DNA of 64,000 bases from Clostridiales bacterium (GTDB lineage: Bacteria > Bacillota > Clostridia > Oscillospirales > CAG-272), in contig JAAWQR010000002.1 of assembly GCA_022800625.1 (NCBI GenBank), forward strand, positions 25,596 to 89,595, given 5' to 3'. A program made the translations under genes and the position numbers. Shown piece by piece: positions 9,681 to 19,925 of the stretch (the first letter of the stretch is position 1; each line of letters begins with the position of its first letter). The notes beneath the pieces are model-generated. The model did not search any database and was not told the DNA's origin. It worked only from the letters and a program-made list of their open reading frames with translations.

Positions 9681-12221
9681 ATGGAATTAAGAGATACATA
9701 CTTTGAACTAGATAATCAAGCACTTATTCCTGATTGTTTCGGAATGACACAGGAGATAGATTCCAAAGAACTTTCATTTTTTACTGAAAAACCAGAGATA
9801 ATATTCCAAATATGCGATTTGTATAATGGTAACAACACGCTTTCTAATCAATATCAAATTTGTGACTTTAGTCATTCACACGAGCGAAAAATACTATATA
9901 AATTGATTGATTTTATTCCTGAAAAAACAACATATTTTTTTTGTAATGTTGTATGCAGAAGAACGTGTACTGTATCACTTATATTATCCACTGACCGTTA
10001 CTTGAGAATATGGGTAAACGGAGAATTGATAACAATAACTGAAGGAGGCACTGAATGCGTTAATTTATTTCATTTTCACAAAGGTAATAACGTCATATGC
10101 TTTGAACAATTGGATGGCAGAGAGCATCATGAGATAGGGATTAGAATTTCTCCTATTGATTCTGAAAACAAATTGTGTTCATTTGCTAATAATGGTGGTT
10201 ATATAAATAAAATTGCTACAATTTATTCAGAGACGTTTTCTGATGGTAATACTTATAATATATTGTATATGTTTGTTCCGATTAATTCAATAAAACTTAA
10301 TAGAAAATATAAAATACACTATACTATAGAAATTGGCAATAAAATAATTACCCAAAACATAATAGGCCTTTTTGAAAAATGCAATATTATAATTGATCAA
10401 GACGAACTACTAAATAACAATATGCCGTGCCTTATCTTTAAGTATACGTGCTGCCAAGATTATAATAATAGTGTTATATCGTCAGAAACTTTTGATATGT
10501 ATGTTGGGAGTATAGAAAACACAGTATCTAAGTTAATTGAGCGATGCAGTTATGTTAGAAACACAAAATTGATAACAAATGAAGATGATCTAATTTTGCA
10601 GTATTATTTGGATGAATTAAAAGAGTTCGGTTCTTTTGATTTAAATGCAATATGCTTTTTAAAAGAGTTAAATAAACATATTAAAAGAATTGAAACAGGC
10701 AAACAAAATAATATATATTCTCATGGATTACATAGAATTATCTTTAAATCAGAACTTGATCAAAATTTAGTATCGTATAATATCAGGGTTCCTCAAAAAT
10801 ATGATTCGAAAGTCAAATATCCTCTTTTTATCATATTTCAAATACACCATATAGAAAATCATTATTTTGAATACTCAGATATTAAATCATTGGATAATGT
10901 CATAATTGCTGAAATATCGGGGAGAGGTTTGACTCTTGGAAGTTATATAGGCGATGCTTCAATAAAAGAAATATATAATCACATAACCCAGTTATATAAT
11001 ATAGATTTTAAGCGTATATATTCAACAGGTCATTCAAGCGGGGCTTATGCATCTTGGATTCAAGCACAGATGAATCCTCATATATATGCTGGTATATATC
11101 CAAGCACAGGCGTTGGAAGAAGTGAAATGCTTAAGAATCTGAGCAATACGGCTGTGTGGTCGCTGACATCTGAATTGGATGATAGTTATAAGTACTCTAA
11201 AGCGAATGGAAATGATAAACTGGATGTTATTGAGAATTTCAATGAAATATGTGCTGAGCAATATACTCATCCGAATTTTCCGTATATATATAGAAATAAA
11301 TATGTTATTAATGAAATGCTAACCCACAGCCAAGTTGAATATCCTCATAAAATTGATTTTGTAACTGATAGAAATCGATATTTAAGAGCATATTGGATAT
11401 CTTTACATTCCATTTCTAAAGGTTGCTTAAATGCTAAGGTTCATGCTGAGTATTTGGAGAATATAATAATTGTTGAATGTGAAAATGCTAACGGAATACA
11501 AGTTGAAGTTCCGCCGGATATATATAAGTCTTGTTTTACAGTTATTATCAATGGGAAACAATTTGTTTATAGAAATTATGTATCAGATGTGATTAATTAT
11601 TGTATTGATACAGTTACTGGATCAGTATGTGAAATTGAGAAATATGATAGAAATAACTTTGAGATATACAAAGGAAACGGGTTGCTAGACGTTTATCTGT
11701 CACCATTAAATATCATTAAATTAGACGCTAATAGTACTATTATTGAGAAGACAGCTAAATCATTCGCGAGCCCGAATACACATACCTACATCCCTACAAC
11801 AGAAATTAATTATCCGATATATTCAGATGAGGAATTGAGCAACTCAGATTTTAATTATAGCAGTAGTATGATAATACTGGATAATTGTTGTCGAGAAAAA
11901 CGTCCAGAGATAATCGACAGTATTCTATCAAAAGCGGAAATAAAAACAGATGCTAATGGGTATACGTATGGTAGCCATAGTTGCGATGGAAAGTATATGG
12001 TTATGCAAATTCTAAAAAATCCTTTTAATGAATCTACATCGATTTTATATATCAATACTAACTCTGAAAAGTTATATCAGTCTAATCTTTTTACACGGAA
12101 TGTCACAATTCCATCTTATGTATCAGGCTACAATCCATACTTGAATAATTCTGCTCTAATCTTTAATGGAAAAGAGTATTCAATTATAAAGGATTGGGGG
12201 ATGGAAATTGAAGTTATTTAA
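9681..12221 (+). CDS. large multidomain protein with alpha/beta-hydrolase (GxSxG) domain
   Basis: 846-aa ORF. YSTGHSSGAYASW nucleophile-elbow motif in the middle. No signal peptide seen. Function otherwise unknown. Confidence 0.5.
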   Translation: MELRDTYFELDNQALIPDCFGMTQEIDSKELSFFTEKPEIIFQICDLYNGNNTLSNQYQICDFSHSHERKILYKLIDFIPEKTTYFFCNVVCRRTCTVSLILSTDRYLRIWVNGELITITEGGTECVNLFHFHKGNNVICFEQLDGREHHEIGIRISPIDSENKLCSFANNGGYINKIATIYSETFSDGNTYNILYMFVPINSIKLNRKYKIHYTIEIGNKIITQNIIGLFEKCNIIIDQDELLNNNMPCLIFKYTCCQDYNNSVISSETFDMYVGSIENTVSKLIERCSYVRNTKLITNEDDLILQYYLDELKEFGSFDLNAICFLKELNKHIKRIETGKQNNIYSHGLHRIIFKSELDQNLVSYNIRVPQKYDSKVKYPLFIIFQIHHIENHYFEYSDIKSLDNVIIAEISGRGLTLGSYIGDASIKEIYNHITQLYNIDFKRIYSTGHSSGAYASWIQAQMNPHIYAGIYPSTGVGRSEMLKNLSNTAVWSLTSELDDSYKYSKANGNDKLDVIENFNEICAEQYTHPNFPYIYRNKYVINEMLTHSQVEYPHKIDFVTDRNRYLRAYWISLHSISKGCLNAKVHAEYLENIIIVECENANGIQVEVPPDIYKSCFTVIINGKQFVYRNYVSDVINYCIDTVTGSVCEIEKYDRNNFEIYKGNGLLDVYLSPLNIIKLDANSTIIEKTAKSFASPNTHTYIPTTEINYPIYSDEELSNSDFNYSSSMIILDNCCREKRPEIIDSILSKAEIKTDANGYTYGSHSCDGKYMVMQILKNPFNESTSILYINTNSEKLYQSNLFTRNVTIPSYVSGYNPYLNNSALIFNGKEYSIIKDWGMEIEVI

Positions 12222-12283
12222 ATATTTTTATTGTAGCTACAAATGAATACAGTATAAGGATAACTGAGTTAAGCAAAATTGGT

Positions 12284-12333
12284 CGGGAGAGATTTATAGA
12301 ATGGAGGATTCTATAAACTTTCCCGGCTTTTTT
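12284..12333 (+). terminator. rho-independent terminator at the end of the AT-rich island
   Basis: cgggagagatttatag ... ctataaactttcccgg stem followed by cttttttg. Confidence 0.65.
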
Positions 12334-12481
12334 GTATAAGGGGATCAAGTAGTAATTGCAGGGTGAAATTTACATATCCCAATTTGATTTTCAAAAATCA
12401 AAAAAACTTTTTTGAATGTAACAGTAGGTGTTATATTCGCCTGATAGAATATATGCACAGGCAGAGAGAGGGGGTGGGAGC

Positions 12482-12814
12482 ATGATCGTAACGAATGACA
12501 GAAGGATGCAGATTCTCGAAGCGTTGATCGGTCGCAAAAGCGATACAATGGCGCATCTTGCAGAAGAATTCGGCGTTAGTCGAATGACAATTTTTCGTGA
12601 CATTCAAGTGCTGTCATGTTCTTATCCTATCATTACCAGAGTCGGCGGTTCGGGCGGTGTTAGCCTTACCGATGGATACCGCCTCGGAATGAAATATATG
12701 ACCGGCTCGCAAACTGCCTTGCTGAAAAGACTGTCTGAAACGCTGACAGGAGAAGATCTTTTAACGATGCACAGTATCATTAGAACGTTCTCATGGCCTG
12801 TTCCGGCTAAGTAG
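12482..12814 (+). CDS. HTH (DeoR/HTH_11-like) transcriptional regulator
   Basis: RRMQILEALIGRKSDTMAHLAEEFGVSRMTIFRDIQVL winged-helix motif. ATG 12482 preceded by a GGGGGTGGGAG RBS. Confidence 0.65.
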   Translation: MIVTNDRRMQILEALIGRKSDTMAHLAEEFGVSRMTIFRDIQVLSCSYPIITRVGGSGGVSLTDGYRLGMKYMTGSQTALLKRLSETLTGEDLLTMHSIIRTFSWPVPAK

Positions 12815-13308
12815 GAGTAAAGACAGCAGCGGTTCATTGACAACTGAATATACATTCATTAAGCACGTTACCTGCATTGTTTCGTGGTGAGCGGACAAGC
12901 CAAGCTCAAAAGGTGCGCTTAACAGCTATTCGTGATTTGTTTATATAACACTGAGTGTTATAGACAAGCGCGAGGGAGCATAGAGCGATCAAACGATACT
13001 TTGAGTGAAACGGGATTACTACCCGTGGAGGGCGAAGACAAATGCAAGGGATAATGATACTTCTGTAGCCGAAAGGCGCAGCCTGCGGAGAACCCGGGGG
13101 AGGTGAGATTCCTATGGAGTCGGCTCGTAACCGACAGCTTGATGATTCCCATGCCGATGAGGATATCGGTCACGCCGGGGTGTCGAGGACAAGTTGGCGT
13201 GTGAACCCGATACGCGTAAAAAGACTTATCTCTGATACAGAGTATTGTTTTGCATATCGGGTATACATACTATCACTTTGGAGTGAAAAAGCAAGGAGAG
13301 CAAAATAT

Positions 13309-13686
13309 ATGAGAGTATACAGAGGGGATATTTATATTGCAAATTTGGATGGCGTTGTAGGGTCTGAACAGGGTGGGGAACGCCCGGTGCTTGTGATTCA
13401 AAACGATACCGGAAACCGATTCAGCTCAACGACCATTATTGCACCGATCACCTGTAAAACAAAAGGGAAAGAATATTTGCCGACTCATGTTCCGATCAGA
13501 TCTTTAGGACTTTCTAAAGATTCAGTAGTGTTGCTTGAACAAATCCGTGTGGTTGACAGAAAAAGATTTAAGGGACAAAAGCTTTGCAGCTTGGACGAGA
13601 AATATATGGCAGATATTGAAAAGGCTATCGCTGTTAGTTTGGATTTGGAATGTGCTGCAGAGCAAGTCAGTCAGCACAATTTTTAA
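13309..13686 (+). CDS. mazF: MazF/PemK-family endoribonuclease toxin
   Basis: GDIYIANLDGVVGSEQGGERPVLVIQND...TTIIAPIT...LLEQIRVVDRKR is the canonical PemK fold signature. AAGGAGAG RBS 10 nt upstream of ATG 13309. Confidence 0.85.
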   Translation: MRVYRGDIYIANLDGVVGSEQGGERPVLVIQNDTGNRFSSTTIIAPITCKTKGKEYLPTHVPIRSLGLSKDSVVLLEQIRVVDRKRFKGQKLCSLDEKYMADIEKAIAVSLDLECAAEQVSQHNF

Positions 13687-14078
13687 TGCTTATGTTTACC
13701 TTAAAATATATGACAGAAAAAGGATCAAATAAAAATGCAGCTAACGTACGAAAGTCAAAAGCCTATATTAAAAACGGAAAATGAGGGAGTAAAAATCGTG
13801 ATATCCTTTTCCGAAAATCCGCGGAGCAGTAATTTGAAGGAGTCTATTGTCGAGCTGTTGACAGCAGCATATGAGAACAGAGTGACAGCATAGCGATGAA
13901 TATGTTTAAGTCATTTTGGGATATTGCTGTCAATGGAAAAATCGCACATTTGTCAAAACAAACGCAGAGTGCTATGATATGAATACAAGAGTAACATGGT
14001 TGAATTCCTGCTTATAGGAATATGTACTGTGCTTACTCATTACATAATAAATTAAGAGAAGAAGGAAACATAAAAATC

Positions 14079-15701
14079 ATGAAAGACATTACTGAAAGCA
14101 GAAAGCGCGTTATGTGCTTGTATCGCGTATCGACAACACAGCAGGTTGATAAAATTAAAGATGATATTCCGATGCAGAGGATCGTATGCCGTGAATTTGC
14201 TGAAAGAAACGGATGGATAATTATAGATGAAAAGGTTGAGAAGGGTATATCCGGATTTAAAGTTTCAGCCAATGACAGAGACGCTATTCAAGACCTAAAG
14301 GAAATGGCTCTGAAAAAAGAGTTTGACATTCTTCTTGTATTTATGTTTGACCGACTGGGCAGAATTGAGAACGAAACGCCGTTTGTGCTTCAGTGGTTTG
14401 TAGAGCACGGAGTTGAAGTGTGGTCTGCAAATGAAGGACAGCAGAAAATCGAGTCCCATGTAGACAAGCTGATGAACTACATACGCTTTTGGCAAGCATC
14501 GGGAGAGTCGGAAAAGACCGCAATCCGAGTGAAGACACGAATGAGTCAGATGACGAGCGAAGGCATTTTCACGGGAGGCTCAGTGCCATACGGTTATCGT
14601 CTTGTTTTCAAAGGGCGTAAGAATAAGAAGGGACAGGATGTGCGTGACCTTGAGGTGAACCCGGAGCAAGCTGAGGTTGTGAAAACCGTATTCAAATTTA
14701 CGGTCGAACGCGGCTACGGTTCATATATGATGGCTTCATATCTCAATGAGAAAGGCTATAAAACACAAAATAACGCACCGTTTCAAAGCAACTATATTAT
14801 TCGCATACTTAAAAATCAAATATACAGAGGGTATCTTAAAAGGGGAGATGCTAAATCCGACAGGATCGAAGATCTGCAGATCATCTCTGACTCAGACTTT
14901 TTTAAGGCACAGGATATTCTTGAACAAAGGGCACGCAAGGATGAATCCAAGCGGACGGTTGCTATGACAAACAAAGGTAAAACGCTGCTGAGCGGAAACA
15001 TTTATTGTGCTCATTGCGGATGTCGGCTTGCCACAACAAGCTATACCGAGCGATACAGGCGAAAGGACGGAAGCCTTTACGAGAAGATGAGCAGTCGATA
15101 TGTTTGCTATCATCGAAGCCGTGGGCTGAATGATTGCGACGGCGCGAGCACCTACATAGCGGAAAAGATCGACCGTGCAGTTATTAGCGCCATGCGACAA
15201 ATTTTTGACTGTATTTCCGGCTGCCCGCAGGAAGAAAAAATACATGCTGCATATAAGAATATGATGGCAAACAACCACAAGCTCCAGCAGAAGCTCTCTT
15301 GTGAAATTCAAAAGAATACGGACAAGCTTGAGACTTTGCGTATAGAAATTGCAAATGCCCTGACAGGAGACAGTGTGTACAGCTCGGAAGATTTAGCTAC
15401 TGCAATTACGACACTCAGACGGAAGATTTCTGATGCAAAGGAACAGCTCGAAGCTTTAAAGCAAGAAGACGCCGCAAAGAAAGCTGCCGATGACAGTATC
15501 ATTCCTGCATACAAGCAATTCAAAACTTGGGCGGAAGAGTTTGATAGTGCGCCTCTTGATATAAAAAAGATGATCGCGAGTCAGCTTTTCTCAAGAATTG
15601 AGATAGGAAAGGGATATGAGCTTCATTTGGAGCTTGACGAAACTTTCAAAACATTCTGTGAGGATTGGACCTCTATACAAAAATTAACTGCCACCGCTTA
15701 A
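14079..15701 (+). CDS. large serine recombinase (resolvase N-domain, recombinase domain, zinc ribbon, coiled coil)
   Basis: CLYRVSTTQQ catalytic serine motif, FMFDRLGR, CAHCGCRLA...CYHRS zinc-ribbon cysteines and a C-terminal coiled coil. Confidence 0.85.
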   Translation: MKDITESRKRVMCLYRVSTTQQVDKIKDDIPMQRIVCREFAERNGWIIIDEKVEKGISGFKVSANDRDAIQDLKEMALKKEFDILLVFMFDRLGRIENETPFVLQWFVEHGVEVWSANEGQQKIESHVDKLMNYIRFWQASGESEKTAIRVKTRMSQMTSEGIFTGGSVPYGYRLVFKGRKNKKGQDVRDLEVNPEQAEVVKTVFKFTVERGYGSYMMASYLNEKGYKTQNNAPFQSNYIIRILKNQIYRGYLKRGDAKSDRIEDLQIISDSDFFKAQDILEQRARKDESKRTVAMTNKGKTLLSGNIYCAHCGCRLATTSYTERYRRKDGSLYEKMSSRYVCYHRSRGLNDCDGASTYIAEKIDRAVISAMRQIFDCISGCPQEEKIHAAYKNMMANNHKLQQKLSCEIQKNTDKLETLRIEIANALTGDSVYSSEDLATAITTLRRKISDAKEQLEALKQEDAAKKAADDSIIPAYKQFKTWAEEFDSAPLDIKKMIASQLFSRIEIGKGYELHLELDETFKTFCEDWTSIQKLTATA

Positions 15702-15941
15702 TGCTGTGGCAGCTTCTATAGAGATAGGATGGTGGGATCAATCATCTATTGTAAATCTACTACATGATTTATTTGAAGGTTGACTCTATTGCTTGTATTT
15801 CTTGAATTTCTATGATATACTAATCATAGAAGAGAGGAAGAACTGCAATGGCATAGTCAGCTTTTGCTTCGTTTCATATAAATAATAACTTAAAGCAGGA
15901 TGCTATTGAGATAACGAATGCAGATCGGAGGAATGCGAAAT

Positions 15942-16949
15942 ATGAATCTTAAACCCTATAGTAACCAATTTCAGCAGGTAATCAATATTATTGAAGCTGC
16001 CAGAGAAAATGCCTATAGGAAAGTCAATGAAGAATTGATTTTAATGTACCGCAATATAGGGCAATATATCAGTGAGCAGTCTGAAAACGCATCTTACGGA
16101 GATGCATTTGTTCAACAATTGGCTGATTTTTTTGAGGAGAATTATCCGGATCTGAAAGGATTTAACCGTCGAGGGCTTTACCGCATGAAGCAGTTTTACG
16201 AGCTTTACAGGGCCGAAGAAAAAGTGTCTACGCTGTTGACACAATTAAGCTGGTCAAATCATTTGAAAATTATGTCCGCTTGCAAGACAATGGACGAACG
16301 TCTTTTTTATATGAATATGTGTATTAAGGAAAGATACAGCGCACGTGAATTGGCGAGACAAATAGACAGCGGGTATTATGAAAGATATATGTTGTCTCAA
16401 AATCCGGTTGCTCCGGCGATCGAAGAAGCAAAAAAGGCGACAGGTAATATATTTTTGGATACCTATGTGCTTGATTTTCTCGATGTTCCTGATACTGTCT
16501 CTGAATTTGATCTGCAAAAATCTATTATCCGAAATCTGAAGAATTTCATATTGGAAGTCGGAAAGGATTTTACTTTTGTAGGAGAGGAATACAGAGTTCA
16601 AGTCGGAAATCATGATTATTTTATTGATCTTCTGTTTTACAATCGCGGACTTTCATGTTTAGTGGCTTTTGAATTAAAGATCGGAGAGTTTAAGCCTGAG
16701 TACGTTGGAAAGGTTAATTTGTATCTTGAAGCACTCGACAGAGAAGTAAAGAAAGAGAATGAAAATCCAAGTGTCGGTGTTATTTTGTGTGCCAGCAAGG
16801 ATGATGAGGTTGTAGAATTTGCACTAAGTCGTAGCCTGTCTCCTACAATGGTTTCTGAGTACAAATTAAAGTTGATAGATAAGGCGTTGTTGCAGAAAAA
16901 ACTGAAAGAATATATTGAACTGGCGCAGTCGGCTGAAGTCGGAGAGTAA
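15942..16949 (+). CDS. YhcG/DUF1016-family PDDEXK nuclease
   Basis: NRRGLYRMKQFYELY, LSWSNHLKIMS and DLLFYNRGLSCLVAFELKIGEF (D...ELK nuclease core). Confidence 0.75.
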   Translation: MNLKPYSNQFQQVINIIEAARENAYRKVNEELILMYRNIGQYISEQSENASYGDAFVQQLADFFEENYPDLKGFNRRGLYRMKQFYELYRAEEKVSTLLTQLSWSNHLKIMSACKTMDERLFYMNMCIKERYSARELARQIDSGYYERYMLSQNPVAPAIEEAKKATGNIFLDTYVLDFLDVPDTVSEFDLQKSIIRNLKNFILEVGKDFTFVGEEYRVQVGNHDYFIDLLFYNRGLSCLVAFELKIGEFKPEYVGKVNLYLEALDREVKKENENPSVGVILCASKDDEVVEFALSRSLSPTMVSEYKLKLIDKALLQKKLKEYIELAQSAEVGE

Positions 16950-17057
16950 AGTATTGCTGCAATGTATTTGCTCGGGTAAATTCAGAGCATGGAATCTTAT
17001 GTAATAAGTATTATATTATTGGAAAGCTGTGTACGAATCAGGTGAGGTAGAGATGTT

Positions 17058-19646
17058 ATGAAAAAAGCAACTCGGTTTTTGAAGGATCTTAATGATATAC
17101 TGCCTTTGTCACTATGTATTATTATAACAATTGTGCTTAGCATTACTTTTATGTTTTTAGATTTACTCAATCCTGTTACCATGCTTATATCGCGACATGG
17201 ACTAAAAGTAACGGTACTTATTCTTGTTGCTATTATATCGATTATTATAATTCTTTTATTGAAATTTTGCAGATGTTTTTGCAATGATATGGTTAATGCT
17301 GTAGATTCAGTTTGCATAATTTCTATATTAACTTTTCTGTTCTACATGGTTATAATTTGTTTGATCGGTATTTCATCTACGTATAAAGTGATAGTTTCGG
17401 GAGTGTGTGCAGTTTCTTTAGCATTAACGGAGATTATTAGAGCAATAAGGTATTCTAAGCCAATCAAAAACTATGATGATGTGTCATTTGTTAGTCTTAA
17501 AGATATATATGAGGACAACATTAAAATCAATAATGGAAAAATGATATTGGTTGACGAAACGGCTGTTGATTATGATCTTTTAGACAGAGGATTCAGTATT
17601 AATTATTTATATAATTCAATAGTTACATATAATGTGAACAGTTCCCATGTAATAGGATTAGAGGGCGAATGGGGGAGTGGGAAAACAACGCTAATTAACA
17701 ATGTAAAATTAATGATTAAGCGGAATAACGAAAATGTTAAGATTATTGATGATTTTGATCCTTGGTCTTGTGGCTCAGAGGAAGCTTTATTCTCCTCTTT
17801 ATGTGAGGCTATTGATAAAACTATTAAACTTAGATATGGTTTTGTTTCAAATAAAAAACTTCTAAAGCAGATTAGCAGTATTGTTACCCAAAACTATATT
17901 ACCGGTGGGATTATTAGTGCTGTTTATGAGAGATTTTATGGTACAAGTAGTTTTGATCAATTAACAAAATTAAAAAACGAATAGGTGATTATTTAAAAAG
18001 GCATGATTTACACATTGTGATTGTCATAGATAATATTGACAGAGCAAGTGCGGATAATATAATCTTTCTATTTAAGGTAATAGGAGCTATTTTTGATATA
18101 CCTAGACTTACCTATGTATTAGCATATGATCCGAAGCGTATGGACAGTATTATGAGTGAATCACTTAAAATAAATCCTAAATACATTGAAAAAATAGTAA
18201 AGCAAGTCATAAGTATTCCTACTATGCAAAGTAGTAGTCTAAGATCTGTTTATTCTGTGTGTTTTGATAACTTATTAAGTTACTATGGAGTAGATGATAA
18301 AACCATTGAAGAATGTGATTTTATAAAGGATTATATATGCCACCGAATTACAGATTTAAGACAGTATAAAAGAATGATTAATTCGGTTTTTCCTATTGTA
18401 TTAACAGATAAAAGCGGATTGTGTGTATCTCATTTGTTAGCGATACATGTTTTAAAATTCTGTGAATATGATATTTATCATACTATATATAACAATAAAA
18501 AGTATTTCATTTCCAGTGACGTTATGTATGATAGAGACTTGGCTTTTAGAGGAGGTCAAGATACCTTTGATAAAAGGATAAAGGTATTTTTTGATGAATT
18601 ATCTGAGAAATACAGTCCTGAAAGTATGAAACTATTAAGAATTGTTATTTCCATATGCCAACGAATATTTGGACAAAACAGAATTCTTATCATACTACAG
18701 TAAAAATAAACGGATAAGATACAATTCCATCTATAGTGCTAAATACTTTGAACTGTATTTTGCGTATGGCAGCAATGAATTTTTGCAGATAAGTAAGAAT
18801 GTTGATGAGGCAATAATTCAGATCAATGAATCGAATAATGTTAGTGATATATGTTCGATTTTTAGAGAAAATGTATTTGGCTTTGATCCAGCTTATCAGC
18901 AAGAATGGCTTTCTCAATTTTGCAATAGGGAGTCAATGATAGACCCGAAGTCAGTGGAGAGCTGTGCGAAAGCTATATATATGGAAGTATATAGTTTTGA
19001 TGATTCGCAATTCTTTGTGATGCTTAATAGCAAGCAACTTATGATATCTTTTCTTGCAGATTTATTATTGAAATTTTCTGAAGATAGGTATAATTCTTTT
19101 CTAGAGGAGATTAAATGTGATTATTCTAAATTGAATGTTATTCGTAGCATTATATATTGGATTAAAAACAATAGTAATATACCTCAAGAACAAAGGGAGC
19201 ATTATAAAAACAAGATTGATGCAGTTCATAAAAAAATGTGTGACTCAGTAATGAAAGACATTGATCTGTATGATGATGACAATTATCATCAAAAAAATAT
19301 TTTTGGGTTGTTTAATGATAAAGACGAAAAAACGGAAGGTGAAAAAGAAGAGACAATTGTGGATTACATATCATCTGTAGTGTCTTGCCAAAATATCTAC
19401 CGAATATTGGGCGATACAATTAATTCTTCAATGGGACATAATTATAGTTATTATATATCAGAAAAAAACTTGAAATTGTTTTTTGACAACACGCAAATTA
19501 TTGATGATTTGATAAGAGAGAAAGAACCCAAAACAGAATCAGAAAATTTTGTTTATCGGGTATATGATAATTATAGGAATGGTTGTAGAAGTAGTATGGA
19601 TGAAAATGTAATCGTTCAAAATGAGGAAGTTAAATTGTTCCTTTGA
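17058..19646 (+). pseudogene. KAP-family P-loop NTPase with N-terminal transmembrane segments, two frameshifts
   Basis: GLEGEWGSGKTTL Walker A in ORF 17058-17984. IVIDNIDRASADNIIF Walker B in ORF 18017-18703. The C-terminus continues in ORF 18642-19646. The first break lies at an A6 run (17972-17977); the second lies near 18638-18645. Confidence 0.65.
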
Positions 19647-19850
19647 TTTTTTGATTGTACTCCGGCAATTATACAAATAAAAATATGAATCAATCTTATG
19701 AAAGTTAAGTTGTGATTTCTGCTGATTATTATTTTCGCTAAATTGCGATAGTGTCATACGCTACTTTTTTCCTACAACACTCATCTGATGAAATCCCGAA
19801 AATTACATTTTCGTGTAACAATTATCTGTAGGCACTGTTCATTGTAACGA

Positions 19851-19915
19851 GCGTAGTTCGCCAGAGCATGCGGCTGTTAACCGCAGGGTCGTTGGTTCGA
19901 GCCCAACACGGGGAG
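19851..19915 (+). tRNA. partial tRNA-Asn(GTT): D-arm to 3' acceptor strand, 5' acceptor strand missing
   Basis: Anticodon stem-loop tgcgg-CTGTTAA-ccgca. T arm gttgg-ttcgagc-ccaac. 3' strand acgggga. No complementary tccccgt upstream. Confidence 0.55.
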
Positions 19916-19925
19916 TTCATTCAAA

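Noticed and set aside
12903-13300. Possible ORF-less group II intron, because of GTGCG at 12903
   Set aside because: Only the 5-nt start resembles the consensus. I see no domain V-like element or reverse transcriptase, and the region is too short.
13114-13308. N-terminal extension of mazF to a 190-aa ORF
   Set aside because: The canonical PemK domain starts at M 13309 with a good RBS. The extension has no RBS and lies in the hairpin-rich region.
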